Origin: Lepidodermella squamata
Lineage: Eukaryota > Animalia > Gastrotricha
Direction of reading: 5' to 3'
DNA: 64,000 nucleotides
Assembly: GCA_047495785.1 (NCBI GenBank)
Contig: JBLDXI010000011.1
Coordinates: 1,674,001-1,738,000 of the forward strand
Each line of letters opens with the position of its first letter. The stretch's first letter is position 1. The translations under genes and the position numbers were made by a program. The notes below the pieces were generated by a model, which did not search any database, was not told the origin of the DNA, and worked only from the letters and a program-made list of their open reading frames with translations. Positions 24,316-36,300 of this stretch are shown here, piece after piece.

Positions 24316-26447
24316 ACCGCTTTGAACTTGGCAGCGTGTTTTCATCAGCACCAACTTCCACTTATCCGAGAAGTCTCATCATTTGTTATGGATTGTTATA
24401 GACCAATACTAGTTGATAGAAACAAAAATTACATTTGCATCACCTTCCGTTGGCGTGCTGCCAACTTTTGCTGCTAAGTTCAGCTTTTACCATGTAAAAT
24501 GGGTGCATCGATTTGGGACCCCATTTGTTATATCTGACAGCAGCACATAACAAACGTGAGAATTTGTTATATAACGTAACAAATGACGCTGATTGCGATG
24601 GTAATTTTTATTTTACCATCAGCATCACCTGGACAGGTGTGGATCGAAAAAACCAGGTATGGTGACTTACCTGAGCAGGTAGGGTGCGTCCCATGACCTC
24701 GAGATAATTTTTTTCGGATTCTCCGTCGAAAATTACTGGTATTCCCCAAGTTTTTTGAATTTCTGATATACATAACTCACGAAATGAGAAATATAATGAT
24801 CTTACACAGAGTTGCAATTTCCGTCATTTGTTGATGTCAGTCAATAACGAGAGTTACTCGTTTGGAAGCGGAAACTTGGATTCTTCAACATTGCCCCGTG
24901 TATCTAACAATGAGTGCACTAGGGTAAAAAATGATGCAGAATTCAACCGTGCTATTGTCTAATCAACAAAATTGATTGCTACGTGGTTAATTGATCACGT
25001 GACCTATTCGCTTTATCAAGTTTCTGATGGGTACGAATTATATTACCCTATTTGTTATAATTGTCAGCACATCATAAAAAACGTGGTATTTTGTCCTATA
25101 TGGTAATAATTGGCGCTGAAAACGCTGGTGATGTTTATTTTGCTATCAGCACCTTCTGGACAGGTGAGGATTGCTAAGAACAGGTAAGGTGTCTTCCAGC
25201 GAGCATCATAGTGAGACTCTATTCTGAATTCATTTCAAGGCAATTTTATTGAATTTTATGAAATTGATGAAAGTTATGAGGTTCTACTGTTGTTCTACAT
25301 GTTGATCTGATGTCCTGAAAGAAGCCGATTGGACCTACATGTTTGTTTTGTTTCCATAACCGTCGTAGCCGAATTTCCGAATTTCCGAAATTGATGAGCA
25401 AGAAAAGTAAGAAACTCGAGGTGAATAATGTGATTATAGGCATACATCTTTGAAATAGAAATTAATTTTCGTATCAGAATAAACCATAGCACTTGCTGGT
25501 CTTAAGTATTCCAAAATTTAAGAGTATCAATAAACAAATTAAACAATGATTCCTCAAAGAAGGTAACGAATATTATTGACTTTCTCGCACGAAAAGGTCA
25601 TAATAACAGAATAAAATATTATAGGTAATAATAAAATCAACATCACCAACGTTTTCAGGGCTACTTTTTATCTTCTAGAATTAAAATTCCACATTTGTTA
25701 CGTAGCGCTGTCAGTTAAAAAAATATCGTAATCTAATTCAATTCAGACCCATTTTAAATTTGAATAGCCAGCTACGTATCACGTGGTCAATTAACCGCCA
25801 AGCCGTCAATTATATTCGTTAGACAATAGAGATGTTAATTTCTGCATCATTTTTTACCCTAGTGCACTCATTAAAATATGTGTAACATAATCCAAGCTTC
25901 CGCTGCCAAGCAAGTAATTTTCATTGCAAACTGCCATAATCGACATTGAAATTGCAACTTTAGTTAAACTCGCTTTTATTTCTCGAGTTATATGAATCGA
26001 AAATTCGCAATACTTTGTGAAACATGGTAATTTTCGACGGAGAATCCGAAAAAAATTATCTCGAGGTCATGGGACGCACCCTACCTGCTCAGGTAAGTCA
26101 CCATACCTGGTTTTTTCGATCCACACCTGTCCAGGTGATGCTGATGGTAAAATAAAAATTACCATCGCAATCAGCGTCATTTGTTACGTTATATAACAAA
26201 TTCTCACGTTTGTTATGTGCTGCTGTCAGATATAACAAATGGGGTCCCAAATCGATGCACCCATTTTACATGGTAAAAGCTGAACTTAGCAGCAAAAGTT
26301 GGCAGCACGCCAACGGAAGGTGATGCAAATGTAATTTTTGTTTCTATCAACTAGTATTGGTCTATAACAATCCATAACAAATGATGAGACTTCTCGGATA
26401 AGTGGAAGTTGGTGCTGATGAAAACCCGCTGCTAGGTTCCGTTAGGT
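24316..26447. mobile_element. Foldback-type element with very long inverted arms and 8-bp TSD
   Basis: TSD tggcacag at 24308-24315 and 26448-26455. About 400 bp of near-perfect inverted repeat (about 24339-24733 versus 26028-26425), with degenerate symmetry further in. No transposase ORF. Confidence 0.9.
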
Positions 26448-26894
26448 TGGCACAGGCAAGACGATCTCGGTTATGAAAACGTGTCGATCTGTTGGGAGAG
26501 GTGTGATTTACGTGTCTGTCCCTGCGGATGTCTCCAGATTTGCCTCAGCTTTCGCCAAAGCTACCGCCTACAAAACTGAAAGTAGAGTTTCACGCTCTCA
26601 TTTATTTGTGCTACATTTGTTCTTATATAGGTAATGAAGTAAACTTGAGCGATATTTACCGTGCGTTCAAAGAAACGGCGAAGTGGTACAAGGCGAAATA
26701 TCATAAAGTACCTGTTCTTGTCATTGAATCATAAAGTACCTTCAGAAACGTGGCGTGGAGAACACTGATGGTACGCTCTACTCGCGCGTCTTTGCCCTTG
26801 TCGGTGGACGTTCGCTAGCGTTGAGCAGAGTTTCTGCTGCCCTGATACAGGGAGAATCGTTTCAAGGTACTCACTTGTAATTTGCTCTTCTATA

Positions 26895-27089
26895 TCGCGC
26901 CTTCCGTGCCTGAACAGTGTGCCTGCCGGAAATAGAAACAAATGGCGCAATGAAATTGATGCGTAGAAAGAGCTGGCGTTCAACTTTCTTACCAGCGATC
27001 AGGCACGCCACTGACTTGAGATGATGCAAAGTTAGTTTTACGTCATTTGTTTCTATTTCTGGCACACTGTTCTGGCCCGGAAGGCGCGA
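26895..27089. mobile_element. ~195-bp MITE in intron 3 of copy 4
   Basis: Same TIRs and insertion site as 2750-2944. Confidence 0.9.
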
Positions 27090-27831
27090 TATGTAAACAC
27101 TAATACGTGTTTTATAGACGTGAAGAAGGCGCTATTTGCAGACGTTCGAAATCGCGTGAGTCGGTGTTGGAAAAATGATGAGGATGAGACTATCATTCAA
27201 GCCATTTTTGAATGCACAAATGCGAAATCAGTTTGCACCGTGGTAGATGTTGAGCTACATCTGGAGAAGGCTGGTACTCCTATCAATGTCGAGAAGATTG
27301 ATGCTATTGGAGAAAGGATGACTTCGGCAAACTTGCTTTCAAAGGTTGCAGAGAAGACCTGGACTTTTCATTCAAACGTTCAGAGGTCCTACTTTGAGGA
27401 ACACCCACAGGTTACGGTCATGTCATGATGAGCATGGCGTGATGACCTTGTTGTTTCTCCTGACGACAGTCCCTAAAATTGAATAAACAAAATACTTAGC
27501 GATGATTTAACGTGTAATTATTATGTGCGTAAATATGTGGTAACGAACTTGAATTATTTCGATTGTAAATTTAATAAGGGATAAAAAATAATTCTTATCA
27601 TTTTGCAAAGTTCTTACGAAAATTTCTTATATTTTGCGAAACTGTTATGCAACTGATTGAAACGACGCGAGGAAGACTAATCAAAATCCCACAATATAGG
27701 CTAATAATTAAGGAAACATAAGGTTAATAGTGAAAAAGCCTTTCGACGTCATTGTGCTTTTTTGTGTTTTATTTTTGTATGATATAACATGAGTAGTTTG
27801 AATAACGGTGAAATGATATAACAGTTGTTCG

Positions 27832-30421
27832 GTGATTGATTGTGCCGTTGTCAATACCGATCGATTCAACAAGATTGTCGACATGAGCGTGGAAGACCGC
27901 CGTGGCTCCGATCACCGAAGCATCTCGGTTAGTGTTGTGCTGAAAGATGTGAAACTGGAAAGGTGGAGGTTAGATGGCAGGACGTTTGATCGAACGGTGC
28001 ACGAGGCGTTTAGCAGACAACAAGTGGAAGGGTCGGCTAATTTATTAGCGCGAGAACTGATGGCAGTGGCTGAAGATTCACAGCGCCTGACCGAGTGGAA
28101 ATGGAAAGCAGCAGCAGCGAACAGGAAAGTTGTCCGCACAAACCCGCGTGTTATCAGGAGAAGGACCGGAGACGGAGACAAACTGGATTACCTGATTTGG
28201 AACCGAAACAAAGTTCCGGAATTGAAAAGGAAGGACCCTCGACCGAAATTGCCACCGGCTGGTGCGTTTCGGAAGCACCTACAGCAGTAACTTAGTCGCG
28301 ATGGAAGCGTGCCCGCTGAATGGAAACCACCATCGACCGAGAGTGGCGCCACGAAGAGAAGAAAAGCGTTGGGCGGAGACTTCTCGGTCAAGTTGGATGG
28401 CCTGATGAGTTGGAACAGCCCGTTTGCGAGGCTGAGCCGTGATTACGCGGAGCCGGTACGAACGCCGGATGGAAAAATGTAGCACCTCGAAATGATGTTA
28501 GACCATGTGACGGAAGGGAAGCGCTGACGAACTGCCCCTAGAAGTCGACAGCTGGCTGTGACTACGATGCTCTACGAAGGAATGTTGATGAACTGGCCCC
28601 TGTTTTGTGTCGAATTTTTACCTGTATTCTGAAGGGAGATCCTTACCCCGGCATTTGGAAGACGGCCCTGTTGACCATGATTTTCAAGCAAGGCGACGCT
28701 AATGAGGCCAAGAACTATCGGGCGATATCGTTAAAACCGTGCGTGGCGAAAGTACCGTAATTTGGGGTGACATTAGCATAGCGTTTTGCGCAGTTTTATT
28801 GCGCAGTCAAAGTAACTACTAGGTGCATGAATTGTAGTGGACAGGTAAAGGTGGGTAAAGTCACCCCAGCACATGTTAGATGCTGATGGGGTGACTTTGC
28901 ACCGCTCAAATATCGAATCCAGCAAGGTAAAGACCCTATGAGTGAGCTACCGTTGGATAGCCTGTAAGCAAGGGGGTTCGAAAATGCCATTCGATTTCGA
29001 TTTTGATCGCATGGATTCCTTTGGTTATTCACCTAAATTCTACTGGATATCGAATTTAAAAAAAATATCCAACCGAACTTCACCTGTTATTTCAAGTTCG
29101 GTAATATGTTGGATTGGTGTAAATTTAACACATCTAGGCCTAGCTTTCCTCGTACCCATGGGGTCTTTACCTTGCCGTTTCGATAATTTGAGTGGCTAAA
29201 GTCACCCCTTTTAGACATGTTAAAGTCACCCCACTGTGCAAAATAAGCACATTATCAGGCCCGCCTACGTTACGGCTACGCTCCTATTGGCCGGCCCTTT
29301 CGCGCACACTGTTACGCAACACACGCGCGCAGTAAGTGCGTGGGTGCGTGCTGAACTGAATCAATTTCAACCCAAAAAAGTCGCGCATTTCGCATGTATT
29401 TTCAGCATTATAAAACATAATTCCAACCGAAAAAATCCTCATCTATCGATATAAAATTTGCATGGTAGGTACGAATAATAAGCAAACATGGCGCACTTTC
29501 GGACATATTCACAAGGCACGCTCACTCGCCCAAGTCGTGCGCACTGTTATTTATCGCTAATTTTACCGCGCGCGCAGCTGTCAAAGAGTAACTTAAACTT
29601 TATGTGTCGGTTTTTATGCCAAAATGAAGAGAATTTAATCCTCTATCGATAGAATATATTGTTCTCGCTCGAAAAACTGAAAGGGAAAAAGTTTTACGTG
29701 CACTGAAAAATTAGGGCAGGTGACCTCACGCGAGCGCACCACCAAGTAAAAATTGGTCACGTAAAATATTTAATTCTCAGATTTTAATCGTAAAAAGTCT
29801 ATATTCAATCGATAGAGAATTCAATTTACTTCATTTTGATGTAAAAGCCGACGTGAAATTCATAGATTGCCCTTTGATTTCAGTTCAAAATGAGCTGACC
29901 AATAGGAGCGCGCGCAGAGCCGTAACGTAGGCGGGCCTGAAACTGTGCGCAAAATCACCCCAAATTACGGTATATGCGAAAATCCTCAACAATTGTCTGC
30001 GAAAGTGGTTGAGTGTATTTTCACCGTTGAAACAATGTCAGTTCGGTTTTTAGGAAGGTGTCTCTTCCACTGATAGACCGCAGGTAGACCGCGAACTGTT
30101 GTTCAGGAAGCTGGTAAGGAGAGGTGTCCCGCTGCTGTTTGTGGCAATGCTGAGGGACATGTACACCGGAACGGAGGCGGCGGTCGCGGTTGGTGGCGAA
30201 GTCTCGGACCCATTTGAGACAACGACCGGCATGAAGCAGGGCGATCCTTTTGTTCTGCGTGTATATCGACGACCTTGAGGACGCGCTGTCGATTCTGGGG
30301 GTGCCTGGACTACCGCTGGGCATCAAAACTGTGCGAACTTTGCTGTTTGCCGACGATGTGGTAATTCTATGCGCGCGAAAGTGTGAAATGGACGGATACC
30401 TTCTGCGACTCGAAAAATACG
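27832..30421 (+). mobile_element. Degenerate LINE remnant (duplicate of 3688-6330)
   Basis: Same APE-end and RT motifs as 3688-6330. Confidence 0.85.
28755..29970. mobile_element. TA-TSD DNA element with a nested CAGG element at 29256-29939 (duplicate of 4611-5880)
   Basis: TA|ccgtaatttggggtga ... tcaccccaaattacgg|TA. Confidence 0.85.
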
Positions 30422-32536
30422 TTATACACTTTTCTATCGTGCACATTGGGCATTATTATATAGTGTGCACGACGGCCGTGCACGATGAAAATGTCAGTCT
30501 CACTTTTGTCAGGCTTTAAAAATCATTTCGGTCGATTTTAAAAATAACCGGGCTGAATAAAACGGTTAAATTTTATATCAGCATTATCGGGCTAAGGAGG
30601 TCTATGTAATGGATCAGATCATTTATTTAAAATTTGTCGCGTTTAAAATTTAGCTGTGCACGACGGATCTTGCACGACCTAGTAAGGACCAGTAATTAAA
30701 TCGCCGATAATTACCGCGCCCGTACTCAAACAGATATAATATAGGGAATAGTGCGCGCACCTTGATAGGTTATTAGCGCGCGCGGGACGCTGTACTCAAA
30801 CATGAAACCGTATTTATTACCTTAAAAATCGGTAAAATAGAAATAATATTTCTTGTTTTAGGATTTTCATTTTAATTTTTATTGGACGCGCCTCCTTCGT
30901 CGGCGCGAGCGCGCTATTTTTATTTCTACCAACTGACCCATCCTTCTCATTTCTACATTTTTGATCTATAGCCATCAAGGCCGAGAAGCGTCCAATTGGG
31001 TCTGGTTTGTTGCTACTAAAATCGGGAAAATCAGACAAAATATTATTACCTTATTTCGTGTAATTTTTGTGTAATTTTTTGTGGACGCGCCTCCTTCGTC
31101 GGCGCGAGTAATATTTTTAAATCATTATTGGGAGCGCTCGGCGCATTGTTTTTGCGTATTTGCGGTTTCATTTTAACTCTTTAATTCAATCTGGGACACG
31201 CTCCCTGCGGTCGCGTGTTCGTTTTAAATTGGGTCATTTATTTTCTCTCGTGGCTACCTCATTTTTTAATCTGGTTTATTTATTGTCTTCGGGGCCATTG
31301 CTTGATGATTATAATTGAGATAATAGGTAAAATCAGGAATAGTTTTTTTTCTGGACGCGCCCCCCTGCGGTCGGCGCGCATCCCTGTTTTTTCGGGTCAT
31401 TTATTGTCTCTTTGGCCGCAAAGAAGCGCTTGCGCAATAATAATGACCTGGGTCATTTAATTGTGTCAGGTCAATTATCGGAGCGCGCGTGCCATCTTCT
31501 GGGTTTCGGTTTTTTACCGGGTTGGGAATGTGACCCAGGTCATGAAATTATTACAGGAGCGCGCCTCCCTTTGGTCGGCGCGCATATGCCTTTATACAGG
31601 GCTTGAGATTTTATTACAGGTAATGGAATGTGACCTGGGTCACGTTTTTTGGCAGGGCCGGGCGGACGCGGCAGGGGTCTCATTAATTTTACGCGGCAGC
31701 CCTATGGAATCCTAGTGGGCTGCCGCTGCGGCTGTCGTGATCAACAAAATGGGGTGTTTTCCTCTATTTTCGGAAAAACTTGAAATTTTCAAAAAATCGT
31801 AGAAAATCAACGGTTTATGACAGGGCAATTTGGAAATCAGATTCCAAGAGACAATTTGCGACTGAATATGGAAAAAATTAGCAAGACGTAAGCACACCTC
31901 CACAGCGAATAAGCGACAGGTCTATTGATGTCTTATCAAATGAAAAATGGGTGTTATTTTCAATAATTGTAATTTTCATATATATTTAAATAAATTTAAC
32001 CAGAATCAAATGGACGCTTCTCGGCCTTGATGACTATAGATCAAAAGTGTAGAAAGAGAAGGATGGGTCAGAAAGGCATCCTAGTTATCTATTTTTTTTC
32101 GTAATTTGGAATTTGCATATTTTACGGCTATTTATAATGGCCTTGTTCCTTCGGTCAATCTCTATAAATTTGAAATGAAATGATGAAAAATAGGTGAAAA
32201 CATTTCTCTGGCGCCTTGACCTATATTTCGGAATACGCGCGCACTCAGGTAATTAGCGTGGCCGACTATATTATTGCTGTTAATTATGGGCTGAATTTTA
32301 TATAATTTTTATCTCGCTGATTTTTCACTCGATTTTCATCGGGTAAAATTTGTTAGTCTTCGCTTGGCGAATATTATGTGGCTGCAAATTTTCAATTTTT
32401 TTAAATTAAAATTGGGAGAATTATAGCGTTTTGAAATTTTAAAGTACTGGCATGTGTGAATGACCTAGTGCGTGTGCACGATGGCCTGGTAATAGTTGTG
32501 CACACTAATATTAGGCACAGTGCATGAAAAAAAGTG
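30422..32536. mobile_element. ~2.1-kb non-coding insertion with CACTTTT...AAAAGTG termini
   Basis: Absent at the paralogous site (aaaaatacgattggcag at about 6323-6339). Imperfect TIRs, gtgcacga repeats near both ends, internal inverted segment at 30935-31000 / 32008-32070. Confidence 0.75.
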
Positions 32537-33301
32537 CGATTGGCAGTATTCCGTGATTGGCAACGCGGTGTATACGTTAACCCGATATATGTCGGAAATG
32601 CAACATTCTGATCGAATCGTCTAATTGGCAGCTGCTGTGTCACCTCATGACCGAGGCATCGTTAAAGTGTTCGACAGGCTGTTGGTCTTGTTGTATCCTT
32701 TTTGTATTTAACAGTTATTCGAAATAGCAGGTGTTTTAATTAATGCTGTTACAAATTAAGAGGTCAAGTGATACCCACCAGTTACGAATTATCTGTCGTA
32801 ATATTAAGGATTAATTCGCTTGTATTGATGTTGATTTTTATCTTTTTGTTTTTAATCAAAAATTTACCATCCTGGCTGCGATCGACTAATCGGAATAAAT
32901 CAATTTGTATAATCGTATCGTATCGTATTTCAATTTTTTGCGCGCGTCTTTCTTTGCTCTTTCGTGAGCTTGATTGATGTTTATGTTTTTGATGAGTTAC
33001 GCTTAAACCCATTTATAATCTCTAAACGTTGTGTTAATCGTCAAAATCTTTTGCCCTTTACCCCGCCTTTTCTTCTAATCAATATCATAGTGGTCTGAGA
33101 ATTCATTCTTGGACATCAAATTATTAAGGCACCTGCCACAGTAGTCATTTCAAACATCTTCAATCGTAGCTAGCGATTCTGTCGAAAGAAGGAGCTCGAA
33201 TCCCCGAAAACATTAAAAATTACGCTGGATGCTGTGGGTATTGAGTATTTTTTGTTGGTTAATAAGTTCAGATATATTCATAGATATACAGTTAATTAAA
33301 A

Positions 33302-36300
33302 ATGATTCTAGGAAACTTGCGCCTGCTGGCGCGATCTTTGGCGACCAAAGGATTTCGTGTCGACTGTCGTCATGTTCTTCTAACGCCAAAGCTTAATACG
33401 AGTCACTACTCAGCCGCCATTTTCCGGCGTTCCTTCTCAGCCGCGCCATCTGAAAATGCCTGGCTTGACTTTGTTAAACGAATCACACTGGGCGAAATTG
33501 TCGGTACTGCTGTGGTGCTTGTTATTGGTAGTATCCCACTTAACTACGCCTATGTTGGATATAAGAATGCGGAAGCGTTGAAACATCGTTTAGAACAAGG
33601 CTGTGGCGCATATTTAGAAATGGAAGGCCCAGTTTTGATAGATCGCCCAGAGTTGGAGAAGGATTTACAAGACTTGATTAGGCCATCAACACCGGACTTG
33701 GCTCGAAAATATTACCTCATTACTGGACAGTATGGCACAGGCAAGACGACTGCGGTTATGAAAGCCTGTCGAACTGTTGGGAGTGGTGTGATTTACGTGT
33801 CTGTCCCTGAGGATGCCTCCCTATTTGCCTCAGCTTTCGCCAAGGCTACCGCCTACAAAACTCGTGCTAGCGGATTGTTTCCATTCCTGAACCAACGTTA
33901 TTTCGGACATGAACCGACTGGTAAGTGAGAAAGTAGAGTTTCATGCTGTCATTTATATGCGCTATATTTGTTCTTATATAGGTGATGAAGTAGACTTGAG
34001 CGCTATTTACCGTGCGTTCAAAGAAACGGCGAAGTGGTACAAGGCGAAATATCATAAAGTACCTGTTCTTGTCATCGACAACGCGAATAGGCTGGCAAAA
34101 GAGAATCCAAAAATGTTAGAAATGCTTCAAGAGGGCGCAAAAGACGCTATTGACCATCGCAAATTCGTTACTGTATTTGTATCATCCGACAGTGTGACGC
34201 CTCAGCAAATTACGAGTTCGTTTATTTTCTGTCAATTCAAGATCAATTCAGTTCAATTTCAGTAATTGCTAACTGTTTTATTTATTCAATAGGCAGAGTT
34301 ATATTTTGGCGTGGGAGCTTGTATAGCGTAGCCGATATGACTCAAGATCAAGTGTTCGAGTACCTTCAGAAACGTGGCGTGGAGAACACTGATGGTACGC
34401 TCTACTCGCGCGTCTTTGCCCTTGTCGGTGGACGCTCGCTAGAGTTGAGCAGAGTTTCTGCTGACCTGATACAGGGAGAATCGCTTCAAGGTACTCACTT
34501 GTATTTTCTCTTCTATATCGCGCCTTCCGTGCCTGAACAGCGTGAGCACATTTACGGATCCGCGGTGGTTTCCTCCGGCCACTAAAAACTAAGGCTAGTT
34601 TTCCATTACAATTATTGCTCGCAAGCTATTGGTCGATTAAAAAATAAACGAGTGTGCTATTTGCACCCACACGCGGGTGCATCCGATTTGCTAGATACAC
34701 CCTAAGGGTGCAACAATTTTGCTCGCTACACCCTATACCGCGCGTTAGTGTGGGTGCGACGATTTGACTCGTTACACCCTATACAAACAATAAGGAATTA
34801 GGAAAAAGCCGTCTGTCGGTGCGGCAAGGTGTACAGAAGTAATTAAACAAGGTAAAATGCGAGCTAGCGAGATTAGGTATTCCTACAATTCCTATTTTCT
34901 ATTCCTGTAGGCTTTGACATGCCAAAATAGGGTGACTTTGGCATGCCAAAAATCGAATATGGTAAGGTAAAGACCTAGTGAGTGGGGTACCGTTGGATAG
35001 CCCAAGGAAAGGCCAGCCTGGATGTGCACAATGCGCATCATAACAACCTATTTTGGGAGAGGACATAATATGTAAAGTCGCGGAATTTTTTCAATTTCTA
35101 CCGTATTTTTCGAATAAGGGAAGCACTCCAAATAAAGGCCGCACCCGATTTAACCCTGCGTTTTTAGGCCTTTTTCAAAAAATCAGGAAAATAGTCGCCG
35201 CGGCCCTTATTCGAAAAAATACGGTATATTAATATTAATTGAAACTTCGGTGACGGCTAAACCGAAACCGACTAATTGAATATGAATATGAAAGTACTCC
35301 TTTCGCGAGGTCTTTACCTTACCATATTCGATTTTTGGCATGCCAAAGTCACCCTATTTTGGCATGTCAAAGCCTACAGGAATAGAATACCGTAGAGCGG
35401 TACAATTTTGAACAAGTACAAAGTTGAACATTTTTTCAAAAGTACAATTTTGAACGAACGTTTGCATTGAAAATTTCGTTAATGTTCAAAATTGTACTTC
35501 ACACTCACGAAAGTACAATTTTGAACACTTTCATTTTTTTCAATGCAAACGTTCGTTCAAAATTGTACTTTTGAAAAAATGTTCAAAGTTGTACCCTGTT
35601 CAAAATTGTACCGCTCTACGGTATAGGAATTGTAGGAATAGGATAAAGAGTATAGGAATTGAGGGAATAGGGAATAGGAATTAGGAATTACTATTCCTCC
35701 AAGTGTCAAAGTGACCCCACTGCCCCACTGCCCCACTGCCTACAGTTGGAAACAAGCAGACGCTCCTGAGTAGGGCACCCGGAAGTGGAGCAGCCGGCTT
35801 TGAAGTCGTCGACGATTGGCGTTTACGATTTCTTTGTTTTTTTTTCCGCTCCGACTCTGGCGCTGCGGGTGCAATCATAGCCGTCATGGTGCATTCTGCG
35901 GGTCACGAAGGAAACACTGATCTCCAGGTGAAAATCAAACAATGGGTGCACGAGTTCAAGGCAGGAAGCCGGGCGGTAATAGGTTATAGAAGACCGGCTC
36001 GAGAATATTGATTAGTGGTGTTAATGAACGCGAGCGAAAGGTAGCGGCGGTGGTATAGCGCCCAACTCGCGACCGTCTTAATCCTATTGATGTTGCTTTC
36101 GGTTTGCACACGGCCTGCGCTTTCAGCCCTATCTTCAAGGCCTGTAACTGATGACATTGATCAGCGGCACCGGACAGATTATTAACTCCTTGGCGCGCAA
36201 TGAATGGCTCTCTAGCCGCCGCGCGCGGTCAAGTGGGTGTAGCGGTTTTTCTCTCTGCACCCGTGATTTCATTACCGTCCAATCAAATGTATTGGGTGTA

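Larger units (their letters stand above)
23883..27428 (+). pseudogene. P-loop NTPase copy 4 (short type), inactivated
   Basis: 2.1-kb insertion inside Walker A (GEYGT|GKT) and a 264-bp deletion removing the end of exon 2, intron 2 and the start of exon 3. Confidence 0.9.
34878..35640. mobile_element. Palindromic element with ~100-bp inverted arms, related to the interior of 4611-5880
   Basis: tattcctacaattccta...ctattcctgtaggctttgacatgccaaaatagggtgac...ggtaaggtaaagacc and its reverse complement at 35309-35640. Confidence 0.7.

Noticed and set aside
30880-31580. CRISPR-like array
   Set aside because: Degenerate repeats, irregular 110-200 bp spacing, no cas genes, eukaryotic context, and located inside a TE insertion
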